Shown in pieces: positions 13,419-26,803 of a stretch of 64,000 nt of DNA; the stretch's first letter is position 1; the number at the start of each line of letters is the position of its first letter. The notes beneath the pieces are model-generated. The model saw only the letters and a list, made by a program, of their open reading frames with translations, did no database searches and was not told where the DNA came from. Location of the stretch: positions 30,256,001-30,320,000 of the forward strand of contig OX597821.1 in assembly GCA_951406725.2 (NCBI GenBank). The letters are read 5' to 3'. This stretch comes from Octopus vulgaris (taxonomy: Eukaryota). Made by a program: the position numbers and the translations under genes.

Positions 13419-14665
13419 TTATATATACATATCGAGAGAGATTGAGAGGGAGAGATTGACAGAAATACTCATATATATATCGTATTTTTGTGTACATACA
13501 CTAATAGACAGAAACAGATAGATATAGGAATATATATTCTTTGTTTCTTATATAGGAATCATATTAAATAAATACTGTAATGCAGTTCTTTAATTCTCCC
13601 CATTTCGTTATTGCTCAATATTCTACTGTATATTTGTTGCGTTTGGTACGTATGTAATGCTAATTTCAAGGTTTGAAAATATTTAATTTGGTGTTACAAT
13701 GTGTACATTCTATTGGTGCATCCTCTGTGGTTTCTGTATGTGTTTCATGGCTTTAGGTTCGTCTCGATACATAAGGGAAATCCTGACGCATAATGATCTT
13801 AAAATACGATCACTCCTGCATTTAAGTTAAGGAAAAATATTTTGCTGCGTCGATTTAAATTGATCATGCATCCAGTTTCTAGTTGTGCCGCTGGGATGTG
13901 TTAAAAGGAATAAGACTGAATTATTATCCGTAAAATTTTTTAGCATATCTTTAACATTTATAATAAACTCTGCCTGTTGTTGCTACTATTTCAATCATTT
14001 TAGTTCTGCATAAATTGACTCTTCCACGAGTCTTGTAGCGGGTTTCTTTTTTTCCTTTATAAATGCTACATTTATTTCTATTTTTAAAGGTCTTTATGTG
14101 ACGTCATTCTTGACCTCGATAACTTTGGATGTGAACGCGCTTTTGAACTTTCAGATCTATTTGTTGAATTAAACTCAGCTACATGCACTAACACATCTCA
14201 ATGGCATTTTACATTGAGGTTGCTGCTTAGATGTGTGTTTCTATAATTATACACCGTTTGATTAGATGCGCGTTGCTGCCATTTTGAATATAGCTGAAAA
14301 TCCATAAAATTATCTTTTTGTCCCTTATTATGTAACGCACTCACCGGTAAAATTTCCACGTTTTTCTTATTTTTAATGTCCGCCAAAAGAACTCTCCCCA
14401 GACACAATAGAATATGCTTCAACATACGAACTCATATAAAGAATCTTGCAAACCAAATCCAAAAACGAAGTATAAGATTTTATTATTCAAATATAAGTAA
14501 GGAGTTTATTAAATAAAAACGTTTTAAATACATTATATTTGTAATTACAATAGTAATTACAAATATGAATGAGAAACAGCCTGAGTGATATAAGTTTATA
14601 CTGAACACACATACACAAGGTATGTATTTTGTCAGTTCGCAGCAGGATGCGAGTGTAGGCGTAAC

Positions 14666-14799
14666 AGAATATATTCACACGAATTTCTCTGGTGTTAAAA
14701 CTCCTGGGAGATAATGTGACGGGACCTAATGTGAGTTATCTCACTTTATTATGACCTCTAGGTGTTTTAACACCTGGGGAACATTTGAGAATATATTCT
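14666..14799. repeat. Imperfect inverted repeat (hairpin or MITE relic)
   Basis: agaatatattc...ggtgttaaaac-tcctgg pairs with ctagg-tgttttaacacc...gaatatattct. Confidence 0.6.
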
Positions 14800-16150
14800 C
14801 TTGCACCTACCCTCGCAGCTTGCGCACGGACTGACAAAACACAAAACGTGTGTATGTGTGTTCGATATTGATTATAGTAATTATGTGAAGCATGAAATCA
14901 GATTAAGTATCATAAGAAACATTGTTGCGATGCTTTTGGCTACGGTTATACACTGTGGTAAGTTATGGCATATTAAATACATGTTTCCATGACTACTGCT
15001 TTTTTATACGGGTGGATCTATTCAATTCAGTTCATATTCGGCGCTACATTTAGCCAGGAGCTAGAGGGTGAGTAGCTTTATTGAATATTTCCTTATATGA
15101 TTAAAGATTCAATATTAACCTCCTAATATTATCTTTGATATGCTTGATGATTGCGCATGACGACTGGATTGCTGGAATATTGGAAATATTATTGATATAT
15201 ACATATGCATGTTGTGAGAGAGTGAGAGTGAGAGAGAGAGAGAGAGGGTAGGTACATAGGTATATATGGATATGGTTTCGGGTGGCATGTTATACCACCC
15301 GATAGAGTATAATCATATCTACAAACATAGGGAGACAGCTACCAGATAATTACACGCTTCATCGCTTCACATAGCACTCTCAACATGCTGAGGCGAAATT
15401 CCAGGCAAACCATCTATAAATTTTTATAATAACCTATGTCCATAAATCTCTAGCCGCAACGTAAAACATGACTACATGAATGCAACTGTACGTTTAAATA
15501 AACTAACCCCTTAACGGAAAAAAGATTTATCGAAAGCTTTATCGCAGATAGCTGAGATTCAATCAACAAATGAAGCAAATAAAAAATATATAATAAATAA
15601 AAGAAAAATGAATCCCAGGCAGTGAATTGGCGGAATTGCTAAAAGTTTCTGAAATATATATTTTTTATCTGTTGTAGTTCTGAAGGTAATGCTTGTGACA
15701 ACAGTGATACTAAGCTGGATCGGCCAAAGTTAGCGTTCTTCCCTTTGACCAAATGACATTGGTGGGAAAAAGGAGATTTGCAAATATGCTTCATAGTCAA
15801 TCTTCCATCCAAAATCCTGCTCAGGACTACGCATACATGTGCACAGTGATGATCATCTTATTACTTGACGCCCCTATGAATTTTGTTAGTGTGCAACCTG
15901 CAATGATTCAGAAAGCAATGTTTCGTGTCGTTTATAATTTGCGGCGTTATGTTGGAGAAAGGTTTAGGGTTTGTTATTAACAGGTCTAATCTATGATGAA
16001 TGTAAAATATTGCTTATACTTTTACTTGTTTTAATCAGTGGACGGCGTTCATGCTTGGGCATAGCTTCCAAGTGTCGAACAAATCGTCACCAGTTCATTA
16101 TTGTCACCTTCTTACCAAACTGCTAATTTACGGTTAATACAAAGCAATTT

Positions 16151-16385
16151 GTGGAGGCGCAATGACCCAGTGGTTAGGACATCAGACTCGCGGTCGTAGG
16201 ATCGCGGTTTCGATTCCCAGACCGGGCGTTGTGTGTGTTTATTGAGCGAAAGCACCTAAAAGCTCCACGAAGCTCCGACAGGGGATGGTGATCCCTGTTG
16301 TACTCTTTCACCACTCTTTTTCTCACTCTTTCTTCTGTTGGCCTGCACGCTCAGCCAGCGGGGTGGCGTCATTCGAATGCTAAAA
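16151..16385 (+). mobile_element. SINE family C (tail type 2)
   Basis: gtggaggcgcaatgacccagtggttagg A-box and ggtttcgattccc B-box. Confidence 0.85.
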
Positions 16386-16710
16386 CAACAAACAAAAACA
16401 AAACAGTTTACACCCACCCACGCACAAAACACACACATATGTATTCAGTGGATTCAAACACTGTTTCCACCAACCTAATCCATTCACAATGCGTAGGTCA
16501 GCACAGGGCTATGGCAGTGGACACGGTTTTAAAGGTCTTGCACATTGGTAATGAATGCGAAACGATCTGTTTGCGAAATTTATTGAACGCTAAGGTTATA
16601 ATTTTAATCATACTGACTAATTACAGTAATTATGTGTTCCCAGATATATTTGTGCATGATTTTGCCTAATTTTGTCAAAGTCTACTAAAGGCTTGAGTGA
16701 TGCAGTGGTG

Positions 16711-17152
16711 GGAATTTTCGGTTTGAACGGTAGTTTTTAACATAATTTCTAGGTAACTAAAAAAATTTAAACTTCGTATACTAGTAGAATGTGTTTATAA
16801 AACATCTTTTTCTCTTGGTTTTATTGAGAAAATTCTATAGTTTGTAAGATATCTGTTGTTGATTATCTTCAATTTCTGCAATTTCAACCAATCAGTGACG
16901 TCTATTGAGTTAAAAAGCATTCTGTGCCGTATGAATATGTCCCTCGTTTAAGAAACAGATTGGGTTTATTTACATTTGTGAAGAAAAAAGATACCCTTCC
17001 TCCACCCCTAACCCTAACGCTAACTAACCCTAACTCTAACCCTAACCTTAAAAGGGATTGAAATGCAATAGATCGATACTAGGATCATCATTATGGGTGA
17101 CAATTTCATATGACACCGCTAGAAAAAATTGCCGTTCAAACCGAAAAGATCC
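16711..17152 (+). mobile_element. Full Merlin-like MITE with 8-bp TSD cagtggtg and internal degenerate (CCCTAA)n
   Basis: TIRs ggaattttcggtttgaacggtagttttt / aaaaattgccgttcaaaccgaaaagatcc; TSD at 16703-16710 and 17153-17160. Confidence 0.85.
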
Positions 17153-19956
17153 CAGTGGTGTAATATGCAGAATAACTCCTTTTGTTTTGATTAACGAATA
17201 CGTAGTAGGTTTATGCTCATGAGCGCAATCATGCGTTGTGTTTTATTTAATGCTATTTAATAACAAAAGAAACATTTTCGTTGATTGATCTTCATTTAAG
17301 TCTGTTGTTTAGAAGAGAAGATCCAATCTAGATAATTGATTCCGAGTTGGAGAAACTGTGTCCATATATGTGAGAGTAATGTCATCGGTGTATAAGATTG
17401 TGTATGTACATGGAATTGGACACTTGTCATGTAGATAGTGATTGAAAAAGAATGATGAGAGAACGAATAATTAAGATATTCGATACGAAAGGATTCATAT
17501 GAATTCACTGAGTACTACACTCGCTTGTTCTGACGGGAGTCATTTATTAGTTGTATTGTCTCTTATGTATAATTGATATTTTGTTAATAAGTAGTGAACA
17601 AGAAATGCAAGTGAACGATCTAATTCGTCGTAATGTTGATATGAAAGCACGAAGAAAACGTTGAGTGCAATAATTCATATAGAATCTTGATATTTTAATT
17701 ATATTTTCACAGAAATTATGATTTGTTGTGGTGTCAGCATTTTGAATTTTCTAGTGCTTTATGGAAAGACGTAGTCAAAACTGTGGTGTCGATAGCAAAC
17801 TATATATCGTATGTTTTGTGCTCCATTTTGGTGTGCTTAATATTGGGTTCCGTAGGTTTAAAAAAGCGCATTACTTATAAGTGGCTATAATTGCCGATGG
17901 AATGTAGATACTTTACTTTGGGTTATTATTGAGACGTTTTGTGGTTGATGATAGATTTGGGCTATTATTGGAATGTTTTGTTGATGATAAATTTGTCGAT
18001 GTTGTTAATTACGCCGTACTGTCTGTTAGCAATTGTATTCTATTTTGTGTTGGATATAATTATCTGCCAAATAAAAATAAAATAAAACGATGATGATAAT
18101 ATTTCCTTTGTCAAATCTTATTTTAGATCTTTGATTGTGAGTTAGCACTGTGTGGTGAAAATGTGCTCTGTTTGAGTATTCGGTATCACATAACGAATTG
18201 TTTATCATTTCACTTATAATATATATCCTATTGTCCATAATTAATTAATTCATCTCATTTACAATGATACACAGGATTATTGTTCATCTGTTCACTCTCT
18301 ATATGTAACAGTCTGGAGCAGGTTAATGTTTTCTACAGCTACGGTTATTGATGTAGCATAATAAAAAAACATCAAACTAAAATTGTGACATTCTAATACT
18401 TGGTACTAGACTTGATAGCTATTGCACAAATTAGTAAATGCTTTGTTTACCTATTACTATATTGAAACTAGAATGTTCCAGTTTAGCTCAGAACGTTCGG
18501 GATATTTATCATTGAGGAGAGCAAATTAGCTCAAAACGCCAAGCCTAGCGTTCTGTTGGAGTTCTAAGTGAAACCCTGTGATTTTAACACTCGTGCTCTT
18601 TTCAGACGTTTCTCTGAAAGAATGTCTCACAAGTAGTGCCATCCACATTTCTATACCTATTATAATACTAAGATTATTCACTTAGATGTGTGGAGCCTTC
18701 TAGCATTAGTAAACGTAGACTGGCTAAATAGCGCTAGATCTACATAACTGAACTGTATCATAGGTTCAGATGTAGGAAACACAAAAATCTACACTTGTGC
18801 TCCTCGGGAAATGGAAGAAGAACCTATTAAGACGACGTTTTAAATACGATTTTCACTACTCAAATATATAGTTGTGTTATAATAACATTCTCCGAAACAT
18901 TGAATACATCTTGTGTACTAACATCAATTCAGGGTTTGCACAACATTAAAAGAATTACCGATAACATTCTCAGTGACAGGAAGTTATCAATTATTTAGAA
19001 ATATTTTCTCCATTCATGACAGACACTAACCAACCAAAATTACACTCATCTTTGGAAATAATATCCTTTACCCTTTTCAACATGTTATGAACCTATTACA
19101 TTTTCTTCAGGACGTTTATACATCACATTTAAACATCCGAACACTTGATAGAGGAATTTGTAAGTACGATATGTTTTTATTTTATTACATGATATAATAC
19201 ATAGGAAAAGGGGAACGTGCCTTCAATTTTTATCCATTTCATAGTGAATAAAATGGCAGAAGTACATTACTTTCGGCCAAAAAAGTAAAAGAGAAAACAA
19301 ATAACATGTAGTAATTTTCATTACGTATCTTAGGGTTGTAGCAATTGTCTGACTAGTATAGTGTCAGTCGCTCCAAGAAAACAATCGTTTATATATGTTC
19401 ATTAATATCTTCAGTAATAAGAATTTTAAAATTGAGCTAATATTAGACGAGAGCTAAGATTCTGAGTACTTCCATATACAACGTTTAAACGGAAGTAACT
19501 GTTCTCCAACTTACTTTTATTATTCACTTACCTACCTTTATTATACCATTTCTGTCTGCAAATATGTCTACCGTAGCGCCCACTCTCTCTCTCTTTTTTC
19601 ACACACACGCACACACACATAGACACACACGCACACATACACACACACATACTCTCTCACACACACATATACATATGTAAGGATTGTGTAAAATTCTGGT
19701 TTAAAAACAGTAAAACATGGGAGGGCAATTGGGAAAACAATGCATGACATCACCATCAGTGCAGAAAAAAAGTGCAATGAAAGGGTAAACTTTCCATGCA
19801 GTGTCTGCGGACCATTATGCAAGTGCTGGGCTCATTAGACAACAACTGACGTCACAAATGTAATTATAAGATTGTTTGGGCAGACAATGTTCTTATTAGT
19901 CTGTGATAAGTTTCTTCGTTCACGAGTCGACAGCCACCGTATGTAAATTTGTATAG

Positions 19957-20374
<418 letters not shown>

Positions 20375-20473
20375 GGCAGTGGCACAAACGCACCCACAGC
20401 TATCCATCTCTCTATCTATAATATATCTATATGTATAATGTATGTAGATATGTGTGTGTGTGTGCGTGTGTAA

Positions 20474-20507
<34 letters not shown>

Positions 20508-21232
20508 ATTTCAAGTGTAATAAAATATATTGAACAATCAGAAATATAGGCAAAGTGAACACAGAAATTGGAAGTATAAAAACCTGACATTTTATAACTG
20601 CTATCTGTTGACATTGTTTTGTCTCTCCTATTGAACCTGTCACAATAACATCTAAGAGCCATGCACAGAAATCATCTAATGAAAGGCGTCTGGCATGCAA
20701 ATACGAACATATTTCATATAAAGACATTAATTTATACAGCAGATGAAAGAAAGTGGAAGCGATTATAAAAGTATAGGTTTTATAACATCTCCATGCAGGC
20801 TTAACGTGAAATATTGGCCCTAGTGAATGCATATGATAGTAATTTACAGGTTTCGCTTCAAGTCGAGAAAATAATTAATAGGTATAACAAATGTTCACAG
20901 AAGAATCCAGCGATATCCTTTAATTTCGATGAAACCTTGGAAACATCAAATTTCCTTTATTTCTTCCCTATTAATGAAAATATTTGTTCCATCTGTTAAA
21001 TTCTTAGTTCTTTAGATTTAATGTTCAGCAAAAGACAAAACAATGGCGTGTACAAATATGCTGATACGATGCAATTATAAGAATGCGATAAATTTTACGT
21101 AATTCCTACAAGTCTCCCTCTCTCTATATATATTTATTTAGTTATGTATATATATATATACATACATACATATATATCATCGGTGTGTATATATATATAT
21201 ATATATATATATTAATATAGATAACCTCTGTT

Positions 21233-21268
<36 letters not shown>

Positions 21269-21941
21269 ATCCTTAGTCACTTGTTGTCGTGCTATTTTCT
21301 GTATTAATTGCGAATAGCGACCTTAATAATACACACACACATGCTCACACATACATATCTCTATCTCTCTCTATATATATTTACATATAGAAATACATAC
21401 ACACCCACCGATATACACAACACACAAGAGCACACGCACACACACACACACACGCACACACACATATATGTATTTATATTTAGCAGAAGTAACAGAGAGA
21501 GTGGCTACCGTTTTCAAATTTTCCTATATACGTATTATATATATACGTATATATATATATGGATTGGCGATAAAGTCACAAGTGCATACTTACATATATT
21601 ACATATATACATGCCACTTGGATACACTTATGCATCAATGTATATATTCCATCACAAACACACAGAACAGTTGCACGTTACGTAATGGCGCATATATATA
21701 TGCAACTCACAAACGCACAGGTATTTACGTATGCACAGAAACATTGCGCATGCGTACTTACGCATGCACAAATTAATAAGGCGTGAAGAAAGTATTGTTT
21801 TGATGTCAAGATATACTATGAAATAAATCTATAGATTTCAAGTAAAATCTATAAATCTACTATACAGCACGTTATGGCACCTTCTTATAAACATTATGTA
21901 TATGTCTGTATGTATGTATTTATGTATGTATGCATGTATAC

Positions 21942-21999
<58 letters not shown>

Positions 22000-22001
<2 letters not shown>

Positions 22002-22047
22002 GTGCCTGTCTATAAACATACCTATGCCTATTCGAATATATATATAC

Positions 22048-22120
<73 letters not shown>

Positions 22121-22152
22121 ATAGGCATAGGTATGTTTATAGACAGGCACAT
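22000..22152. repeat. Perfect 36-bp inverted repeat flanking a (TA)n tract
   Basis: atgtgcctgtctataaacatacctatgcctattcga / tcgaataggcataggtatgtttatagacaggcacat. Confidence 0.9.
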
Positions 22153-22441
22153 ACAGACACACACATACACAAAGTAATATACACACACGCTCACCTGTCC
22201 ACGCATATTATCGCATGGTTACGCGAATTTTTAGTCCATTCCTTAGAATTTTCCTCGTTCTTAAATTCCTATTTTTCCGCTTTACATCTAACCGATATTT
22301 TTCACGTTTTTCATGCAATTCTTTCTCGCTATCTTTCCAGCATTTCATCATTCAGCCTTTGCGTCGCACTTCGCCCACATAGAACCCCAATAGGACACAC
22401 ACTCACGCTCACACAACTACACACTCAATTACACACACACG

Positions 22442-22510
<69 letters not shown>

Positions 22511-23374
22511 ATATACACACACATATACGCACAAATATTCTTCGAAGCACACACCGATATACACTTTTCCATTTTATCACCTTTCATCTCTTTTATGTAT
22601 CGTAACGTCTTCGCCATTCCCAACTGGTTATAACATAGCTTCTACGCAACAAAAGCGAAGCCTTTCCTTATTTTTCCTTGTAATGCTAAAATATACAATT
22701 ACCCTATCGATCTATTTCTCCAGCCGAGCATTAGAAAACCTTTAACATCGGGAGAGATTAAAGATTTCAGCTGTCGGATTTATAGCAAACCTTTTGGCAG
22801 AGTCTGGTCACCAGGAATTAATAGCATACAGCTTCTTGTGTATGGAAATATTCTTGGAACCGATCATGGTATCGATATTCTTGTTTGTTCATTGTTCATA
22901 TAAAATTCTTTACGTTTCACAAGAATCTTTATCCTCCTATCCATAACTTATCCTACGAAAAGTCTTATCCAGTTTGCTCGTGCCACAAGTTGTGTGTACT
23001 TGTGTGTACGTGTACAGAATTACGCACATTTTTGAAATATATGCTTATGTATGCATGTATAGGTGTATGTAAATGTATTTCTGTGTCTCTACGCGTGTTT
23101 GTAAGTGTATGTGTGTGCATATGTTTTATTTATGAATGGACCGCTTTTGTAACCACTACACCAGCGTCCCCCTACATGCCAATTCAGCATATATGACTAA
23201 CGCTCTTCTTATATCACTTCGTCGCAAAGCATTCGTTAGCAGTGGCAGAAGACGTAGCACCATTATTATTAGAACGGGAAGTGAAATCCATCACAACGCA
23301 TTCCTACACAGCATGTTTCCAACAGATCGCAGACGCTGGGTGTCAGGGAAGCATTCTCAAGTCCCATTAATGGA

Positions 23375-23429
<55 letters not shown>

Positions 23430-23431
<2 letters not shown>

Positions 23432-23691
23432 CTTTATATAATTAGGGTTCAGCAAAAAAATTGCTTTACCACATACTGAACTTTTAGAAATAGCAGCCAT
23501 AAAAATTTAGCTATTTCTTCTACTGTATGAAGAGTCTCCCAGACAATGTATACTCATTGTTTTTGAGTATACATTGTCTGGGAGACTCTTCTTATAGTAG
23601 GGGAAATAGCTAAATTTTTTGTCTGCTATTTCTAAAAGTTCGGTATGTGGTAAAGCAATTTTTTTTTGCAGAACCCTAATTATATAAAGTA
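23430..23691. repeat. Inverted repeat with arms of about 127 bp and a 7-nt spacer, related to the terminus of the 24533 element
   Basis: Arms 23430-23556 and 23564-23691. Confidence 0.9.
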
Positions 23692-23920
23692 ATGTTTAAA
23701 TTAAACCGTAAATGGTCCTTCTACATACTGAACAACACTTGGTAAAATTATTAATTACTAATTAATTAATTAATTAATTTTGCCGTTTATTATTATTATT
23801 ACTATATATATGTATACACAGGAGTAAGCACATAAATGTGAAACAAGGTGGAAAAAAGAGTACTCAAATACCAGAGGTAGAGTAATATGCTTTATTTAAA
23901 ATCAGCAGAAATGTCACAAA

Positions 23921-23956
23921 AACTGTTACTCAGAGTTTCACGTTCCCGTTCGTTGG
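23921..23956 (-). ncRNA. Hammerhead motif, 5' truncated and mutated
   Basis: Minus strand: CCAACGA-acg(ggaa)cgt-GAAACTCTGAGTA-acagtt. Confidence 0.55.
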
Positions 23957-24048
23957 GCCAACTCTCTCACCTACATATACATATATATATACATATGCAT
24001 ATACAGGGGTTGGACTAAATAATGGAAACCCCTTCAAATTTCAAAGGA

Positions 24049-24090
24049 AACTGTCCGACGAACAGGGACGTGAAACTCTAAGTAACAGTT
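24049..24090 (+). ncRNA. Type I hammerhead motif, inverted partner of 23921-23956
   Basis: aactgt-CCGACGA-acagggacgt-GAAACTCTAAGTA-acagtt; 6-bp stem I. Confidence 0.65.
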
Positions 24091-24121
24091 GTTGTGCTTT
24101 TTCTGCTGCTTTTAAATAAAG

Positions 24122-24159
<38 letters not shown>

Positions 24160-24239
24160 TAGATAGATAGATAGATACATACATACATACATACGTACAT
24201 ACATACATACATATACACATGTATACACACACATATATA

Positions 24240-24480
24240 GGCACAAACAGGGCTCTATGGTATGTAGCTTGCTTATCAGCTGCATGGTTCTGAGTTCAGT
24301 ACTACTGCGTGGCACCTTGGCCAAGTGTCTTCTACTGGAACCTAGGGGAGACCAAAGCCTTATGAGTGGATCTACCAGACGAAAACTCGAAGAAGCTAAC
24401 GTGTATATATATATATATAGGTTACAGGGACCCATATACACCAACATCTGATGGTGGGTGATAAACACAGATAAACAAAC
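24240..24480 (+). mobile_element. SINE family A, diverged and partial
   Basis: ctgcgtggcaccttggccaagtgtcttctact. Confidence 0.7.
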
Positions 24481-24713
24481 ATACATGCACATACATGTAT
24501 ATATATGTATGTATATATATATATATATATATAGTAAAGTAAATAAGATGGCTAGCAGCAGGCTGTTTCGCCTCATACCGAAGGAATTAGAAATGGCAGT
24601 CAAAGACCGTTATTTCCATTTTCTATAAGTGGAGATTCCAAAAACGAAGGCCCATGGGGCTCACATACACAAAACCGGAGAAGCAAATAGACGAAAGCAG
24701 TCACTTACCGTTA

Positions 24714-24776
24714 ATAACGAACACGTGTTTCTGGATCACAAACATAGAGTAGTTTGAATTCCGTCATCGGCGCTAT
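24714..24776 (-). ncRNA. Type I hammerhead ribozyme
   Basis: Minus strand: atagcg-CCGATGA-cggaattcaaac(tactctat)gtttgtgatcca-GAAACACGTGTT-cgttat; palindromic stem III. Confidence 0.75.
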
Positions 24777-25637
24777 ATTCGATAGCTTTACCAAATGCCA
24801 CTGGCCCTCACTTCCGACCCAGCGACATCAGATAGTGGGGGGAAGTGTGCAGATGTTAAAACTAGGTAACGACTGGGAACGTAAATTTTCCCTCCAAAAT
24901 TCTGCCATGCGCGCCTTCTGGGTAATCGTAATGGAATGAGGAATCCACATGGTAATACAATAAAAATGGTAAATAATTCACCTGTGATTTTTCATGTAAC
25001 CAACAATTATTTACCGGTAAATTTCGGTATGTAAATACGACAAATTTATTGTCAGGACCTTTGTAAGGTTCAGTATATAGTAAAGTAAATAAGATGGCTA
25101 GCAGCAGGCTGTTTCGCCTCATACCGAAGGAATTAGAAATGGCAGTCAAAGACCGTTATTTCCATTTTCTATAAGTGGAGATTCCAAAAACATTTTGTGT
25201 ATGTGAGCCCCATGGGCCTTCGTTTTGTGGAATCTCCACTTATAGAAAATGTAAATAACGGTATTTGACTGCCATTTCTAATTCCTTCGGTATGAGGCGA
25301 AACAGCCTGCTGCTAGCCATCTTATTTACTTTACTATATACTGAACCTTACAAATGTCCTGACAATAAATTTGTCGTATTTACATACCGAAATTTACCGG
25401 TAAATAATTGTTGGTTACATGAAAAACCACAGGTGAATTATTTACCATTTTTATTGTATTACCATGTGGATTCCTCATTCCATTACGATTACCCAGAAGG
25501 CGCGCATGGCAGAATTTTGGAGGGAAAATTTACGTTCCCAGTCGTTACTTAGTTTTAACATCTGCACACTTCCCCCCACTATCTGATGTCGCTGGATCGG
25601 AAGTGAGGGCCAGTGGCATTTGGTAAAGCTATCGAAT

Positions 25638-25700
25638 AAAGCGCCGATGACGGAATTCAAATTACTCTATGTTTGTGATCCAGAAACACGTGTTCGTTAT
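25638..25700 (+). ncRNA. Type I hammerhead ribozyme, inverted copy
   Basis: aaagcg-CCGATGA-...-GAAACACGTGTT-cgttat. Confidence 0.75.
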
Positions 25701-25784
25701 TAACGGTAAGTGACTGCTTTCGTCTATTTGCTTCTCCGGTTTTGTGTATGTGAGCCCCATGGGCCTTCGTTTTTGGAATCTCCA

Positions 25785-25835
<51 letters not shown>

Positions 25836-26573
25836 TATATATATATAAATATATATGAAAGAGAAGAATACAGTGTACATCCAAACACATAAGCGATACC
25901 CAGGAAATAGGATATCTGACTGACTAGAAAGAGTAGTTAAATTCCAAGCCACTAATTGTTGTAATTCCGAAAGTGATTGAAAAATATAAACTTTTACCTT
26001 AATTATCCTAGATCCTGCCAGGTTTCTGCAGACTTAAATACAGAATGAAATAAAATAATTTCAATCTATATCTGGCGCTCCTTCCTCAGTAGGTTGCCAG
26101 GACTGAAGACATAGATACGGAGCGATAAATGATCAGCCACGTGCCTATATGCTTTAAGTTTTCGAATGAGCGAAGATGTTGTTGAAATCCAACCTGAATT
26201 CCTAAAATTTGAAGGTAATAAATGTGAAGGTAAGAAAACACCTACAATAATCAGCATTTCTTGGAACTGCAAAATTGTCTCCTTAGTCTGCTGGCTGTGG
26301 ACTTCTGACACTTTCCATCATTACTTGCAATATAAACTGCGAATTTTTAATAGAAAAATAATTATAATAATACTTTCTGCTAAAGGTATATTGCCTAAAT
26401 TTTTGGGGAGGGGTTAAGTCGATCATATTGACCTCAGTGTTTCACTGGTAATTAATTTATCGACTCCTAAAGGATGATCATTGTCTTTGCAAAGTAGAGT
26501 GGAAAAAAAATTTGTTGAGGATTAAAAAGTTATGGGGTATGTGTAAAACAAATTGGTATAATGATATATATAT

Positions 26574-26803
26574 ATTTCTTTACTACCCACAAGGGGCTAA
26601 ACACAGAGGGGACAAACAAGGACAGACAAAGGGATTAAGTCAACTACATAGACCCCAGTGCGTAACTGGTACTTAATTTATCGACCCCGAAAGGATGAAA
26701 GGCAAAGTCGACCTCGGCGGAATTTGAACTCGGAACGTAACGACAGACGAAATACGGCTACGAATTTCGCCCGGCGTGCTAACGTTTCTACCAGCTCGCC
26801 GCC
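26574..26803 (-). mobile_element. SINE family B, full length
   Basis: Reverse complement runs ggcggcgagctggtagaaacgttagc...ccttgtgggtagtaaagaaa. Confidence 0.9.

Larger units (their letters stand above)
24533..25790. mobile_element. Retrozyme-like element: about 1.2 units of 546 bp followed by about 1.1 inverted units, flanked by (TA)n
   Basis: Direct repeat starts at 24533 and 25079; inversion junction at about 25192; repeat starts at 25194 and 25741; one hammerhead per arm. Confidence 0.85.

Noticed and set aside
24862-25552. Duplicated 95-aa ORF with a signal-peptide-like start
   Set aside because: TTG start, lies inside the inverted repeat units, no recognisable domain
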